In this document: positions 12,101-24,542 of the stretch, one piece after another
How the letters are laid out: every line of letters starts with the position of its first letter
Numbering within the stretch: the first letter of the stretch is position 1
NCBI RefSeq assembly: GCF_001949145.1
Contig: NW_019091355.1
Location: 3,206,646-3,270,645 of the forward strand
Source of the DNA: Acanthaster planci
Taxonomy: Eukaryota
DNA: 64,000 bases
Reading direction: 5' to 3'
The notes under the pieces: generated by a model
Database searches by the model: none
Seen by the model: the letters and a program-made list of their open reading frames with translations, nothing else
Told to the model about the DNA's origin: nothing
Program-made: the position numbers and the translations under genes

Positions 12101-13209
12101 TATAACGTGAACGGAAAGGGAATCTTTCCCATTGTGATTTCCCATAACAGATCTTTCTCAGACTCATCATAGTGGGTAATAACCGACAACAGACTGAGCA
12201 CAGAAATCTACCAAATCCTGTACATTCAAATAAAGTGCGTCAACGAGAAGGCTCTGTATAATAATACGCTTGACTGGTTAAACACGTACGGGATTGGGGT
12301 AGATTTTTGAGCTCAATTTTTCACAAAGGAAAAGAGGTTGGCTGATGGCGTAGTTTATCAACAAATCGTGCAGTAAGTGGCAAGTTCTATCAAGGACCAC
12401 CACAGTTAATAAATGGTTGGTTTGTGACGTACCAGCGCATGTGCAGTGAAGTTGAAGTGCTAACGACTCTAGTCGACAGTTGTCAGGTCGCTGGGCCGAA
12501 GGGGTGAAAGGAAGCCGAAGGAAGGACAAAATAGCAAAAGATTAAAGAGAAAATGGTCGCTTACTTGTGACATATTGTTTTTCCGGCATTTTTTTTATAA
12601 CTGGTCCTCTCTGCACCGTGCTATTAAAAATGGTTTATCGCAACCAACGATGCAACCAACCTCGACAGGCTGGTCGCAAATAGTCGACTAGACTAGTCCA
12701 ACCATCGTCGGCTAGCGTACGTTCAATCAGAGTTGGGGGGGGTAACTACAGTCCTTGATCGAACTTGCTTATGATTGAGCAATTGCGCAAAAACCGAGCG
12801 ACGCACCCAAGAGCGATGTATATGGAATATCGTCATCGATTCGCAAGTATTTGCAACTTTGACAACAGTCAGATATTGGTCCCTCCCCCGCAGAGTCAGT
12901 TTGATCCAGCCCAGCGGCGTAGCCACCGACCTCATCGCCAACTTCTACAAAGTCTCGTTCGAAGAGCAGGCCAAGGACTTTGGCGATGTCCTGCGGCCCG
13001 TGTACGTGGACATGATGAACGGTTGGGCAGCCGAGTCGGCCAAGATCGGGCCGATGCAGACGGGGGAGGACCTGGCCCAGCTGATCCAGGAGGTCGTGGA
13101 GACAGAGAACCCGCACCTGAGATACCAGGCCAACGAGACCGTCAAGCAGCTCGCCGGCTGGAAGTGGACAGACCCCACGGGCGATAGTTACCTGTCGTCC
13201 CTGAAGTGA
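9055..13209 (+). CDS. RDH8: Short-chain dehydrogenase/reductase, retinol dehydrogenase 8 / 17beta-HSD1-like (285 aa); join(9055..9150,10557..10725,10976..11155,11669..11765,12894..13209)
   Basis: Spliced frame is 858 nt. It has the Rossmann motif [10 protein letters not shown], then [18 protein letters not shown] (typical of the RDH8/HSD17B1 clade), LDVT, DVLVNNAG, DTNFWG, INISS and catalytic YSASK. All introns are GT-AG with matching phases. The symbol denotes the family; 1:1 orthology is not established. Confidence 0.93.
10557..10725 (+). CDS. SDR exon 2
   Basis: ctccag|GTG TAC GCG ACA ATG...GTC CTG G|gtaatg. Confidence 0.92.
10827..10863 (+). repeat. 37-bp dispersed repeat, exact inverted copy at 61809-61845
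   Basis: ggggggtacccctcggtctcatttcttgctgggtata is the reverse complement of tatacccagcaagaaatgagaccgaggggtacccccc. Confidence 0.9.
10976..11155 (+). CDS. SDR exon 3
   Basis: gtgcag|TG AAT AAT GCT GGT...AAT G|gtacgc; NNAG through [10 protein letters not shown]. Confidence 0.92.
11393..11561. mobile_element. MITE in SDR intron 3 (PIF/Harbinger-like termini)
   Basis: TIRs ggctggttcatactt / aagtatgaccctgcc; internal repeated gcgaa motifs. Confidence 0.7.
11669..11765 (+). CDS. SDR exon 4 (catalytic YxxxK)
   Basis: ttgcag|CT CTC CCC...ATA AG|gtgaac; [31 protein letters not shown]. Confidence 0.92.
12894..13209 (+). CDS. SDR exon 5 (terminal)
   Basis: ccgcag|A GTC AGT TTG ATC CAG CCC...CTG AAG TGA; contains ENPHLRYQ and DPTG, as in RDH8-like C-termini. 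Confidence 0.9.
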
Positions 13210-13651
13210 GAAGTACACTGTAGGCAGCGATGTATCATAAAGGAGCTGGGATTGGGGTGAAAAAAGGCCCATTCGAGACCCAGAAAGAATGCAAACAAGG
13301 ACGCGAATTTGCTCTCTTAATTTCAAAGCCTCCGACTGTCACAGGAATGACACGGTTTTGAACGAGAACATTCAAATATTTAAGACTGAAATTATTTGAA
13401 TGACAAATTTCTGGAGTTTAATCAACTTATTCTCAGTCTATCAGAATAAGAACAAAAATCGACTCGAACTCGTCTTTTCATTGATTTCAGTCGCAGGAAG
13501 TGGGTTTTTAAGAGTAAATGTTCACTTTTTGGAAATAAGAGTGCACATTCAACTTCTAATGGAACATACTAATATGGGGTGAATCCTGCCTATTCCCTTG
13601 ACTATCGTTAAATGAGAATGAAGAAAATATACCAACTGTAAATTATTTATG

Positions 13652-13836
13652 TTAATTTTGGATTTTTGCCCTGCCCGACGTGTAATTTAACACTGTATGC
13701 TCAGTGTATGCCCCCGAAGGCTTGTGGGAAGACCCATCAGCGTACTCGGATGGGTTTTTTTCACAAACCTTCGGGGGCATACACTGAGCATACAGTGTTC
13801 AAATACACGTCGGGCAGGGCAAAACTCCAAAATTAA
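13652..13836. mobile_element. Near-perfect 185-bp palindrome (palindromic MITE)
   Basis: Arms 13652-13738 and 13749-13836 are reverse complements, including a perfect 32-bp run (aacactgtatgctcagtgtatgcccccgaagg); TTAA at both ends. Confidence 0.85.
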
Positions 13837-14019
13837 TTTACATCTCCCCGGCGCAAATCCATCTTTGAAATTATTTATGCTTCTGAAAGACTATCTATGG
13901 ACAACATGAATTTTAAGTAAGAACAACCAAAACAAACCAACAAACTCCTTGGGAATTTTAAGCTACACTGGGCAGGGTGGCAACTTCTTGAGTTGACAGA
14001 GACAAACACTGGGTTCTTA

Positions 14020-15430
14020 TCGTGTGGTGGCGTGCTCCATGATTGGAGTTTACGGCATTTACGGTCGTTTAATTAATTGTTTTCTTACCACTTTTTATGA
14101 TCAACGGTTGTAATAACTATGTTATTCTTGCAGTTCCTACGGGATGTGTTTTATCGTGATTGATGTTTTCTGGTGCAGTTTCAATAAAACAGTGCTGCCG
14201 TAAATGATTTGTGTTTTTGCGCACGTGTTGGACAGGAAAAGTTTCCAAAACTTGTCCGAGGAGAGGCAACGTTTTATTCTTGCCATGTGGAAAAAAATGA
14301 ATGAAATATACTGTCAACAGAGGGCGCCTATCAGCCGGTCCACGCCACCAGATCAAGGGAACCTTTTCTCTTCCCACGCTCTCCCCATCCCTCAAAACCA
14401 TTTCCCATCCTAGCACAACTTTTAAAGTACATGTAGTTTGTTTGGTCCTTTTAAAATGTCACGGGTGACTGGTCCACTTCCGCAGCACTGTTAAAGCGGC
14501 TTACTTAATCTACATAATCTCGCTCCTTTTTTGTGGGATGGTTCGAGAGAAAAGATCTGTTCATTTCACCCCATGTGCACTCAAGCATAAAGAACAGCAG
14601 GTTTTTCAAAAGGGCGCTTGTTACACAAACGAACGCTAGGGGGCCGACTGCGTTGTCTGATTAGTTAAGCGGTCCACCATTTAGGGCTAGGGCTCATTGC
14701 TGCATAGATCAATAGCAAAATCCAAAGTCGCAGTCACAAAATGCCCACTTACTTAGGACAACTTTTACGTACAGCCTAGCCTCATGCACTTTGCACGTAC
14801 TGTAAGTAGTCACGCACGCACACGTTTGAGGCCTAGCCACGGAAACACAGCCGTCGACCGCTTCAGGATTCTACTCCTTAAGGAACTCTTCACGGTCACC
14901 GGGTGTTTCCCCGACGACTTTGGTCTTAAAAGCGTGCCAGTTGTCTCTGCAGATTCTCTGGATTGTCGGTGTGTACTTCCAGGGAACTGACTGATTGTGA
15001 CTGTGGCGTTTGGTGTTAGGCAGTTGGGAAAAACATCCCAAGAAGTAACAAGACTTGTTCGGTCTGCCGTTGGTGGTCCGCTGGGTCTGAAGGGTTCAAC
15101 GTGCCGTGAACAGTTCACCGCCGAACTGACCGGGGTCTTTGCCTCACTGCGTGCCACCTCGGATCCGAACGGGTCGGTGCCGGCTGTTTTCCAGCTTTAG
15201 TGCTGTGGTTTCTCGAGAGCTGTCAACATCCTGCTGCTCGGGTCGTCTGATGGTGGATTGAAACGAAAGCGTTCGTCTGTACCTCTTGTAACATCTGCAG
15301 GAAATGTGTGTCAGGCCTGTTGGAATGAATGCATGTTGAGTTGAACATCCAAAGTTTAGTCGGCCTCCGTCGTCAATCACTCTAGCCTAGGAAATACCAT
15401 TCTTTTGCTTTGCTCGACCGTCATCATGGC
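14020..15430. promoter_or_regulatory. CpG-rich region, probable promoter/5' UTR of the gene starting at 15784
   Basis: Visibly dense CG dinucleotides with no credible ORF; sharp contrast with CpG-poor sequence beyond ~16 kb. Boundaries are approximate. Confidence 0.45.
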
Positions 15431-15783
15431 CTAGTTTGCTCTCTCTTCTGAACGGGAGTTTCATACAAAAGTTGGAGCCCCCATTCTGCAAGGATGCGAC
15501 TGTCTCCCCTGTAGAATTTGGGCAAAGCAACATCAAAGCAGCACCATAAACTGTACTGACTCAGTCAAGCAGTTTGTGGAAACTTTATATTGTCAATTTA
15601 TCTTTCTGTGGTGCACAGTTTTTTTCAGCTGCATTGGGATCGGAAATAATAGTGAGAAAGTCTTCGTTGCTGGAGCAATTGGCATTGCCGCATCCATCAC
15701 AGAGGATTATAATCACCAGCATGTGTTCGACCGTCATTTGGATGTGACAAGGGAGATTTCCTGATGACAATTCTGACTTGAAA

Positions 15784-15871
15784 ATGACGAAGAGTAATGT
15801 GACAAGAACTTGCTACGCAAGTTGGATTCTCCTTGGTGCTTCCATATTGTTGTATGCAGCGAGGGTCCAAG
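15784..15871 (+). CDS. Probable first coding exon (signal peptide) of a large secreted or membrane protein gene
   Basis: aaaATG start; MTKSNVTRTCYASWILLGASILLYAARVQ(G) has a basic N-region, hydrophobic core and V-x-G cleavage-like end; strong phase-1 donor CAAG|gtatgt; lies just downstream of a CpG-rich region. No second exon found in the window. Confidence 0.6.
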
Positions 15872-17900
15872 GTATGTTCAAACTAGAAAAAAGATGTTTA
15901 GTGGTCATCAATTACTATTTTCCATATACAGACAACACTTTATGCCCCTGTGCCCAAACGTATGAGACTTGTCCGAAAAGTGTTTTCTAAGTAAATATTT
16001 TGGAATTTTCTCAGCTGAATTTCACTTTTTGGAATATGTTATCGCTTTCCGAGGGCTGTTCTAACATTTGGAGATATACCTAGTATTGTTTATTGGTTTA
16101 TGGAACTCTTCCCTTCTGTAAATCATGGAAATGTACATACATGTATATAATTGTAATGTACGGCATTTTTGCGTGTGTGTTAAAATGTTTTGGAAAGTTG
16201 GCATACAAATTTTTTTTCTTGATAAATATTTTGTCTTACCAGCAAGAATCCTGTGTCCAGTCACAACGTATTTATAATCCAGCTAACCTTGTGTTTCCAT
16301 TGTAAAATATTCTAGCTTTGGGAACAATCTTTTTTAGGGATAGTTTCTTTTGAAATTTCTTGATGATTACAAACTGGAAAATCATTCTTGCCAAAACTTG
16401 CCACATGTGAAACTTTTTCTGAAAAATTTCATATGGCAAGTAAATTTCTCGGGGAGTTTTTCTCAGCTCAGCAAAACTGGGTCTGTCTGGTATCCTTCCT
16501 TATCAGCAAGTGATGTACATGTACAGTGCTACTGGTAAGCACTGTATTTTGGGGTTGAGTTATCTGAAGGTGCATTCACTCTGCCAGACCAAGAAAAAAG
16601 GGTTGTGTGGCGTCTAGACCCATAAATAAAGGGACACCTAAGTGCCTTGTTTACTGGAGGTCTTGAACTTGAAGCTGGTTGATGAAGTTGGGCAGACTGC
16701 ACTGGGCTCTGGCCCGGGAAAGGGAAGACTTACCTTTTCAAGTAGGTGCCGTTTATCTTGGGACGAGTGTCGATGCTTGCTCCAAGTGCCACCCAAGATT
16801 TATTCATGAAATCTGCGATTGTGAATGCTATCAGAATATAACTGGCGACTTGAGGTTGAAATTCTCTCCATCAAAGCCATTGTGTTTTTATACAAGGTTG
16901 AATTCTTGAAAGTTGGAGTTTTTGTTTTTTTTAAACACTCGAGGCACTCAGAACACCACAACTTATAAAAGAGGCCCAAATGTATGGAATTTGTACGTGT
17001 GTAGTTTTAGTTCCAATTACCTTGACTGGTTCTCAGCCTCATGCACAGGCATGTACTATGACTTAATGCTCAATAATTGCGCAATTTACCATTGACTGTG
17101 TTAAATTCACTGTGAAGTTCCGTTCTAGACTGCGATTTGAAATTTCTGAGCAGTTGAACATTTGAAAAATGTATGGTTGAAAACTTTGTGTGAAAATTTA
17201 ATTTACTAATACAAAGAACATGAATATTGCTTCATGGCAAACTTTACAATCAGTTTGCAAAAGTATATATATTTTTTTGACAAACTGTCTTCAGTTAGCA
17301 GATATCAGCAGCAGTCTACTACTTGTCGGTTTTGTGATTCATGGAAAGCCAACCCTGGATTTTTACCTTTTTCAAGGGGTCTGGCGCTATCACTGTACAA
17401 GGCATTCCTGATTTTTTCCGGTGTGACCAGCTGGTAAGCAAGAGCGAAGTATGCATCACTGGGGTAGAATAATTTCCCACAACTCCACTGGTGCATGGCC
17501 GGGTCATGTAATTTTTTGGGGGTCACAATTCAAGCCAACTCTTTCGGACCCTCCTCTTTCTTCTTTTTATTCCCAATTTTAGTTTGCGGTTTCAGCTGGA
17601 AGGCGCAGTCTGAAGGTTTTATTCCGAAATCTTTTGTCCTAACACACCTTCATTTCTTTTTTGTCCTACAAGTTGAAAAGAAAACAACATGGAACTGAGT
17701 TTTGAGTATTGTTTCACCATAGTAATTGCCCTAGCGTTCCCAGAGCTTTTTTTTGGAGGGTAGGGATGAACCACTGGAATGTTTTGTATTTGTTCACTTT
17801 GGAAGGAGCATCAAGCCCCATGCAAAGCTTAGCTAACATTTGTGTTGCCTTTTGGGTAAGGAATTGTTCTCTGAGGAAGAATCTATGGTTAAGCTAGTAT

Positions 17901-18026
17901 ACAGAGGCTTTGCGTGGTAGCCATCTTGCAGGACAGTTCTTTTGTGCCACCGGCAAACCTGCTTTGTGCATACCCTGTGGAACAAGAGGGTTGGCCTTCA
18001 AGATGGCAGCCATGCAAACACTCTGT
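17901..18026. mobile_element. Palindromic MITE (~125 bp)
   Basis: acagaggctttgcgtggtagccatcttgcagg...gtgccac pairs imperfectly with gtggaac...ccttcaagatggcagccatgcaaacactctgt. Confidence 0.7.
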
Positions 18027-18517
18027 TGGATATCTGTAAGATGTCGGTTTGCCTCAGACTACAGTATGTTTACAAAGTACATGTACATGTACATGTATAC
18101 CTGTACACACAAAGTGTGGAGGCACATGTACAGTGAACTGGCGGGCCCATCCACTCCTCAGTTGATTGGTAAAACCTATATGAGCAGTAAACAGAGGTTA
18201 ACTGTCACACCAAACCTGATGACAGAATGGAGACATTGGCTTGGTGTTTACAGTTCAGGTTTGGCAATCTCAGAAGGGGTGTTGACATTTTGTATTGGTC
18301 ACCCCAGACACAATAGCACTGTCAGGAAAGGATAACTTGGCGTATTTATGTATAGTGCAGCAGTTTTAGAGCATGCATATGTACAATGTGTGTACATCTA
18401 TCCGTACATGTACCGCATGTAGACGTAAAATGCTCCCACCCCCTGTCAATAGTGGCTTTTCCATAGGGACTAGGCCCTACCCCTAAAGTAACAGCAGGCA
18501 TTCTTTGCACTCTCTAC

Positions 18518-18800
18518 TTTAGCCCTAACCCTACATAATTCTACAAATTACTACTTGTAGTAAAATGTAGTACTGAGCGCTGTCGCTTGTAAGAGGACAT
18601 GACTTTATTGTTCTGTGAAGCCATAAGATACAGTAGAAAAGACAATGTACCATAAAGTGCTGTGGCACTATAAATGCATGGCTTTATTGTTCTCTGTACG
18701 AGTAACGATGGAAGTAACCTAGCCAGAAGTAGTAATCTGTAGCGCTAGGTCCTTCAGGCTCAGTGTAAGCCAAACAATATGCTTGGTGGTTCGGGCTAAA
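18518..18800 (+). mobile_element. MITE family B copy 1 (piggyBac-like)
   Basis: Internal sequence highly similar to 20427-20740; ends tttagccctaacc / ggttcgggctaaa are inverted. Confidence 0.75.
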
Positions 18801-20426
18801 AGCTGCATTACCAAGTGCTAATGCCTTGCACAAAGAAGTCGTAATCGTGAGAGCTGGGGTACGGTACATGACATGTGGAGGCTTGCGGAATTGCACAACT
18901 GTTTGTGTTCCACTTGGAGCTCAGTGAATGTGCAACACACTTAACTGTTTCGGCAAAGAGGTCCGTGTACACAGAATTTGTGCCCAATATTAATAATGTA
19001 CTAAACTACGGAGTACATGTATCGGGGATGTGACGTTATAGTACACAGGCACACTGCATACATATTGCCTACTCTATCCGCAGTTCAGTAAATACGAAAA
19101 GTCCCTCAATCGTAAACTTTGACCAAGTGTTAAAAGTTTGGTGTAAATTAAGTTTACCCATGTTGCATCCTATACTGTATGTATATTGTACATGTACCAT
19201 GCATGATACATGTACATGTTGAACATGATACAGTACCCATTGATGCATTACTTGGTCGTGATTGTAAGCGAAAGGTGACTAACAGTGGCGAAGAGCTAGA
19301 AATAGAAAGCCAGATGTTCACGTTTTCCCTAGGTGATGCCGCTGAAGGCACAATTAGTCAGTCAGGAGCAGGCATCAGAGGGAAAGTTGTCTCAATCTCA
19401 AGAGCAGAAAGTTCCTTAGCCACCATCCTACTACCAGTACATGTACATGTACCAGTACGTTGCGATCACAGACAGCTTGGAAGTGTCAGGCACGTGCACT
19501 TTAATGACTTTTTTTTCCACGGCCATTTTTACGAAGTATGATTATTTACACTGTACCCACTTGAAGTTCAGGAAGTGGCAGTCTGTGTCAGTAACCAAAG
19601 TACATATTGTTTAGTTTACCAAACCACAAAGACTAAGGGTAAGATTCACTGGACACAATTACCTCTTTGGCCCTTTCTTTCAATTTTTGTTGAAACCTGA
19701 GCTTGTACAATAAACAAGTACAGATTTAAACACACCTGAACATGAAGTTACATGTATATCGTGTACGTAAACCTGTATTCGTGTATTATGTCATAGTTAT
19801 CTTTTGAATAAAATTTGGGGGTTGAAAAAAGCAACCTTACAATGGTTTTACAAAACCTTTCTACACACCTTTTGAAATATCTCTCCTTTTCAAACAATGT
19901 GCTGTATATCCCCTGAAGAAGATGTATGTTCAGAACAAATTATACTTCTGTCAGATGCCCAGGAAATGTGACTGCCAAAAACCACCGTCTGGATACAATG
20001 CAGAACTTGTACATGTCTTCATTTTAGCTCACCCGACATGATTCAAGTGCTGAGTATTTAAATCATATCTTTCAAAATGTAAATAATTATGGGGAGAAAA
20101 ACTTACTTGTCAATTTTGGCTTGTGGGTCTGGTATGGCATCAACATCTGGATAGATTTACACTCCCAGCATCAGATGAGTTAATGTTAAAAGGGAGTCCA
20201 TGCGACCCTTGTCCACCATGTGTAACGGAATGTATCATTAATCACGTTCAACTGTGCTTTGTTTAGACTGGTGAACGAAGTTTGACATGCGGTGTACATG
20301 AAGACCTACCTCATGTGGAAGATGATCGGGCCTACCATAGAGCTAGGAACACATTGGCACACATGAACATACATGTACATGTATTGACTCAGAATCCTCA
20401 AGGACATTTCTGTGTCCAGATTTTAA

Positions 20427-20740
20427 CCCTAGCAGTCCCGAATGCTACAAAGTACTACTTAGTAGTAAAATGTAGTACTCAGCCCTGTCGCTTGTAAGAG
20501 GACATGACATTATTATTCTCTGAAGCCATAAAATACAATCGAGAAGACAATGTACCATACAGTGCTGTGGCACTATGAATGCATGGTTTCATTGTTCTCT
20601 GTACGAGTAATGATGGAATAATGGAATAAACCTAGCCAGAAGTAGTAATTTGTAGCACTAGATCCTTCAGGCTCAGAGTGTTACGTAGTGTTTTGTAGTA
20701 CTGAGTACTCTAAGCCAAACAACGCCCGGTACTGTTAAGG
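20427..20740 (+). mobile_element. MITE family B copy 2 (piggyBac-like, TTAA target duplication)
   Basis: TTAA|ccctagcagtcccg...ccggtactgttaagg|TTAA; shares gtagtaaaatgtagtact...ctgtcgcttgtaagaggacatgac...cctagccagaagtagtaa with copy 1. Confidence 0.8.
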
Positions 20741-22551
20741 TTAATGGGGAAGGTGACATCACGAAGAGGCCATCATGTTTCACAAAGGTTCAGTGCATGC
20801 GGTACAACTGCATTGCCTCGGTTGCGTAAAGCATTAACCCATTCCGTACAGAAGGAATTGACGTTTACACGATAAACAAGAAAAAAAATCTGAATTTTCT
20901 GAAACACTGAAAGAAAATTTGAAATTCTAGGCCCCTACTTCAGTTAAAGATGATGCAATCTGAAACAATTCATTGATAACAATTTCTCGGCATGCATTGC
21001 ATAAATTCTTGGTGCACAGGTTGTCTTGTTTCTTTGGCCTTAAACTAACCACCACGGAATAAAGTTTGTTTGGCTCTGCATTAGAACCTAATTGAGTCTG
21101 GTTCCAACCTACCTGAAAGGTCAAAGCTACACATGTAGAGCTGTGGTTTTTCCTAGGTGCTGAAAATGTTTGTCCTATTTCCCCCTTTTCAAGTCTGTAG
21201 GCCTACATGTACCTGTAGGCTTACATCTAAATCCAGCTTCGGAAGGCCAATTGAGACAGCGATTAATTGGACCCAAGTTGGCAGACTGAGTCATGCCGTC
21301 AAACAACTTCAAGTCGGAGTGAACTTTGGTTTTCTTAAATACCTTCAATGAAGCTGTGAAAAATGAAATAATACAAGTCTGGTTTGAATACCCCCTATCG
21401 AAACTGTTTGTACATAAATGTGTACCGGTACGTGCGCCCCAACATAATGGAGTGACCTGTATGCAGAAAGTCGCAACTGATATGATGTGTTGAACATGTA
21501 CATGTATAAGTGCTTCATGTCTGAGTTGCTGGGTTCTTGCTGTACACAAAGATACATGTAGAAACCAGTTGTCTGAAAAGCCCTTGATATGTGAAATTCA
21601 TTAGCATATTTATGTACACTGTACATGTGTGTACATGTATCATTGTGTAATGTGTATACATACATGCATGTACATGTACATGTACGTATGAATAGTATAA
21701 GAAAAACTCAGACATTTTGAAGTGAGAATGCTATTCATTTCCACCAGGCTCCCTGTTTACCTTTCGCAGGGTATCGGGTTCGCTGGTGACCCCTCATGTT
21801 TGCTCCCTGCCGATGACCAGATTTTTTTGGGGGGGAGGGGAAGGAGAGATACCGTGTGTTTGTCGCACTTGAAGTGGTTCGCTTTCAGGTCTTCGTTTAC
21901 AATAAGTTCAATGTGCAAGTCAGGTACAAGTAGGCCGGGAAACATTGTCAAGGTTTGAGGCAAGCAGAATGGTGCTGACTGGTTATTGAAATTCCAATAG
22001 TTGTTTTAACTTTCTGTTCTTTGAAATTGAACATAATACATGTATAAATCAGTTAAGTATTAAAATTCTTATTCTCTGGGGATGATAGGCATGAAGCAAG
22101 TTACATGTACGTGTAGGTAAAGTGGGAAGATGCATTGCACCTTTTCAATGTTCATATACAATTTGTACATTTGCCTGAATTTTAAGGGTTACAGTTTTGA
22201 AAAAAAGAGCTCAGTTTTGATACAGTGGGTTGGAGTTGGAGATTGTTTCTATAGATATTCAAATTGTATCCTTTGCCTCTTTGTGTGTCTGTGTTTCGTA
22301 TCATCACCAAAATGAAATGCAGACAGCACAACAGGAGAATGTTGCCTCACTGAGGTCAAGACCAGGAAGTGTCCTATCACGAACTCTGTGGTCTGTCTGG
22401 CTTAATTGGGCTGGAATTCTAATTTGGGTGGAGGGGCTGACCTTAAAGTAACCAACAAGTTTCCTGTTTGTAATGTGAAGCACATTTTTGTCAGTCAAGC
22501 GTGCACCGTACATTTTAGGTTTCATTGCCTGGAACTACCAGCCCATTTTAG

Positions 22552-22960
22552 CAGGGCTGAGTTAATTCGAATAATTCACTATTCGAATATTCGACCTTCA
22601 ATTCGATCGAATATCTGAATATTCGGTTGCACTGACCAGTAGATTGTTGATGAACAAACCATATACAAAATCAGTAGCAATAACTCACACAATTGTACAT
22701 TATAATCACTATAATGGCTTCTCACATCTAGGAGTATCTCCAGCCACGATTTAGCAAGATTTAAGAGATGAACAATACTCCTTGCCCAGTTGAAAATTTC
22801 TATTCCTTTTAAATTGTTTAATGAATAATTTACTTTTTGAATCGTTAGATTTCTGTCACATTTAATTTGAATCTACTTGAAAAAAGCCTCCATAGTGCAA
22901 TTATTCTCATTTAAAACAAACGAAAATTTTCCCTTCCTTTTCATGAATTTTGCATTCGAA
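22552..22960 (+). mobile_element. Non-autonomous hAT-like element family C, truncated copy
   Basis: Reverse complement of most of 45554-46024; begins cagggctgag with subterminal gaatattcga motifs. Confidence 0.75.
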
Positions 22961-24473
22961 CAATATCTCTTTAAGTATTGGTATGTACACCAGTACATAT
23001 ACATTGTACCTCAAAGTGAACCATTTCTTGCACACGCCTGATTATCTGTGCGGTTTTCTACACTTACATTGAATTAACCCAAACCATACAATGTACTACC
23101 CAGGTGCTTTGCCTGAAGTCCCCTGCCATTGACACTGGACCTCTCCCCGCACCCTCCGGATTACACTGCTCAGTGGGCCCTGATCAAATCGCTGCAGGAT
23201 CATTGGCGACAGTGTTTTCTTTGGCATTTGGGTGGGCGCTGGCCCCTCAAGGAGATTTTCACCATTACAGTACATGTATGTATGTGCAACAAATTGTACA
23301 TGTACTTATGCTCAGAGGATGTATGCATGAGAGAAATTGCATAATTCGGGAATCCTTCCCCTGGGAAAATCAAGAAAGTGCTAATCGTTCAGCCAGATTC
23401 AACCTCACTTTAATCAAACAAAGCTGAAAGCTTGGAGAAAGCCGAAGATGTTTAATTGTAGCATCTGAGTATTGAGTTTTTACTATCATTTTAACCTTGT
23501 TTGTTTGAATGTACAGAATCTTTCATATTAAGTTGAATGTCAATCATATGATTTTTCCTGCCAAAAATGGGTTTTTTTTTGGGTGGGCTGCTTTGTTGAC
23601 CCACAAAGAAGTGGTTGAAAACACAGACTAAAATTTGGAGTAAGGCATACAAAGTAATCTGTCACAGTTTACATACTTTCCCTTAAAGGCTAAAGTACCA
23701 AATCACTTTGATCCTTCATTCCTCTGTAGACTGTGTGTTCAATTGCACTCCCACAATTTTCTCAACATTTCTGTCAAAAATTTGTCAGTCCCGAAAATAG
23801 ACTACATGTATTTCTAATGTTAAAATTAAAGATACAGTGGAGTCATTGCCTTAACAGGTTTCCAAGACGTGTATATGTGCAGGATGTACACGTTCACGTA
23901 TACTCAAGTCAATGAGGTTGACATCCATGTGTGATGCCAACTAGTCTCTTAGTGGGATCCCTAATTCATACGAGGTCCAATTTCCTCACAAGCAATGGGT
24001 GGATTTGTCACTGGGTGGTTACAGTTGAGTACGACCTTTTGACCTTAATCGGTCCTCTGCTGAGAAAAGTAATTGCCCCTTACTTGCTTGGTTTAAAACG
24101 GGCCCTGAACGTCACACCCAGACAACCAGCCGGCTTCACACCGTGTTTTCTCTCACTGAACTTTGCACGGATCTTAAGTTAGTGACAAAATAAAAGGTGC
24201 TACACTTGTACCTCCCAAAAATTTCTTCAATTATTTCTACTCAAACGGTAATTTGCTTTCAACTTGTCTCTGTGTATATATTTGTGCCTTTGGAAAGTCA
24301 TACATTAATGTCCCTGACTTCATAGGATGGCAGTTTTGAAATTAAATCTGTTAACGAATTATCTGTACTAGTAAATGTATGAGGAAGAAGTAAGTCTCTG
24401 TTTTACAGGATCTTACACAATACATGTTAACTGCTCGTGTCTTCTGAGATGCTAGTAATTTGACAGCACCCGA

Positions 24474-24542
24474 GCAGATCTATATATGCAGATCTATCTA
24501 TGCAGATCTATCTATGCAGATCTATCTATGCAGATCTATCTA
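24474..24542 (+). repeat. 14-bp tandem repeat (gcagatctatctat) x~5
   Basis: Read directly from the sequence. Confidence 0.95.

Noticed and set aside
12769..13326. 185-aa minus-strand ORF and other ORFs overlapping real exons
   Set aside because: Shadow frames of GC3-rich + strand exons.
14810..15200. ORFs in the CpG-rich region, including a weak Penelope-like IQRICRDNWH word on the - strand
   Set aside because: No splice context or further motifs; GC-rich leader DNA readily gives open frames.
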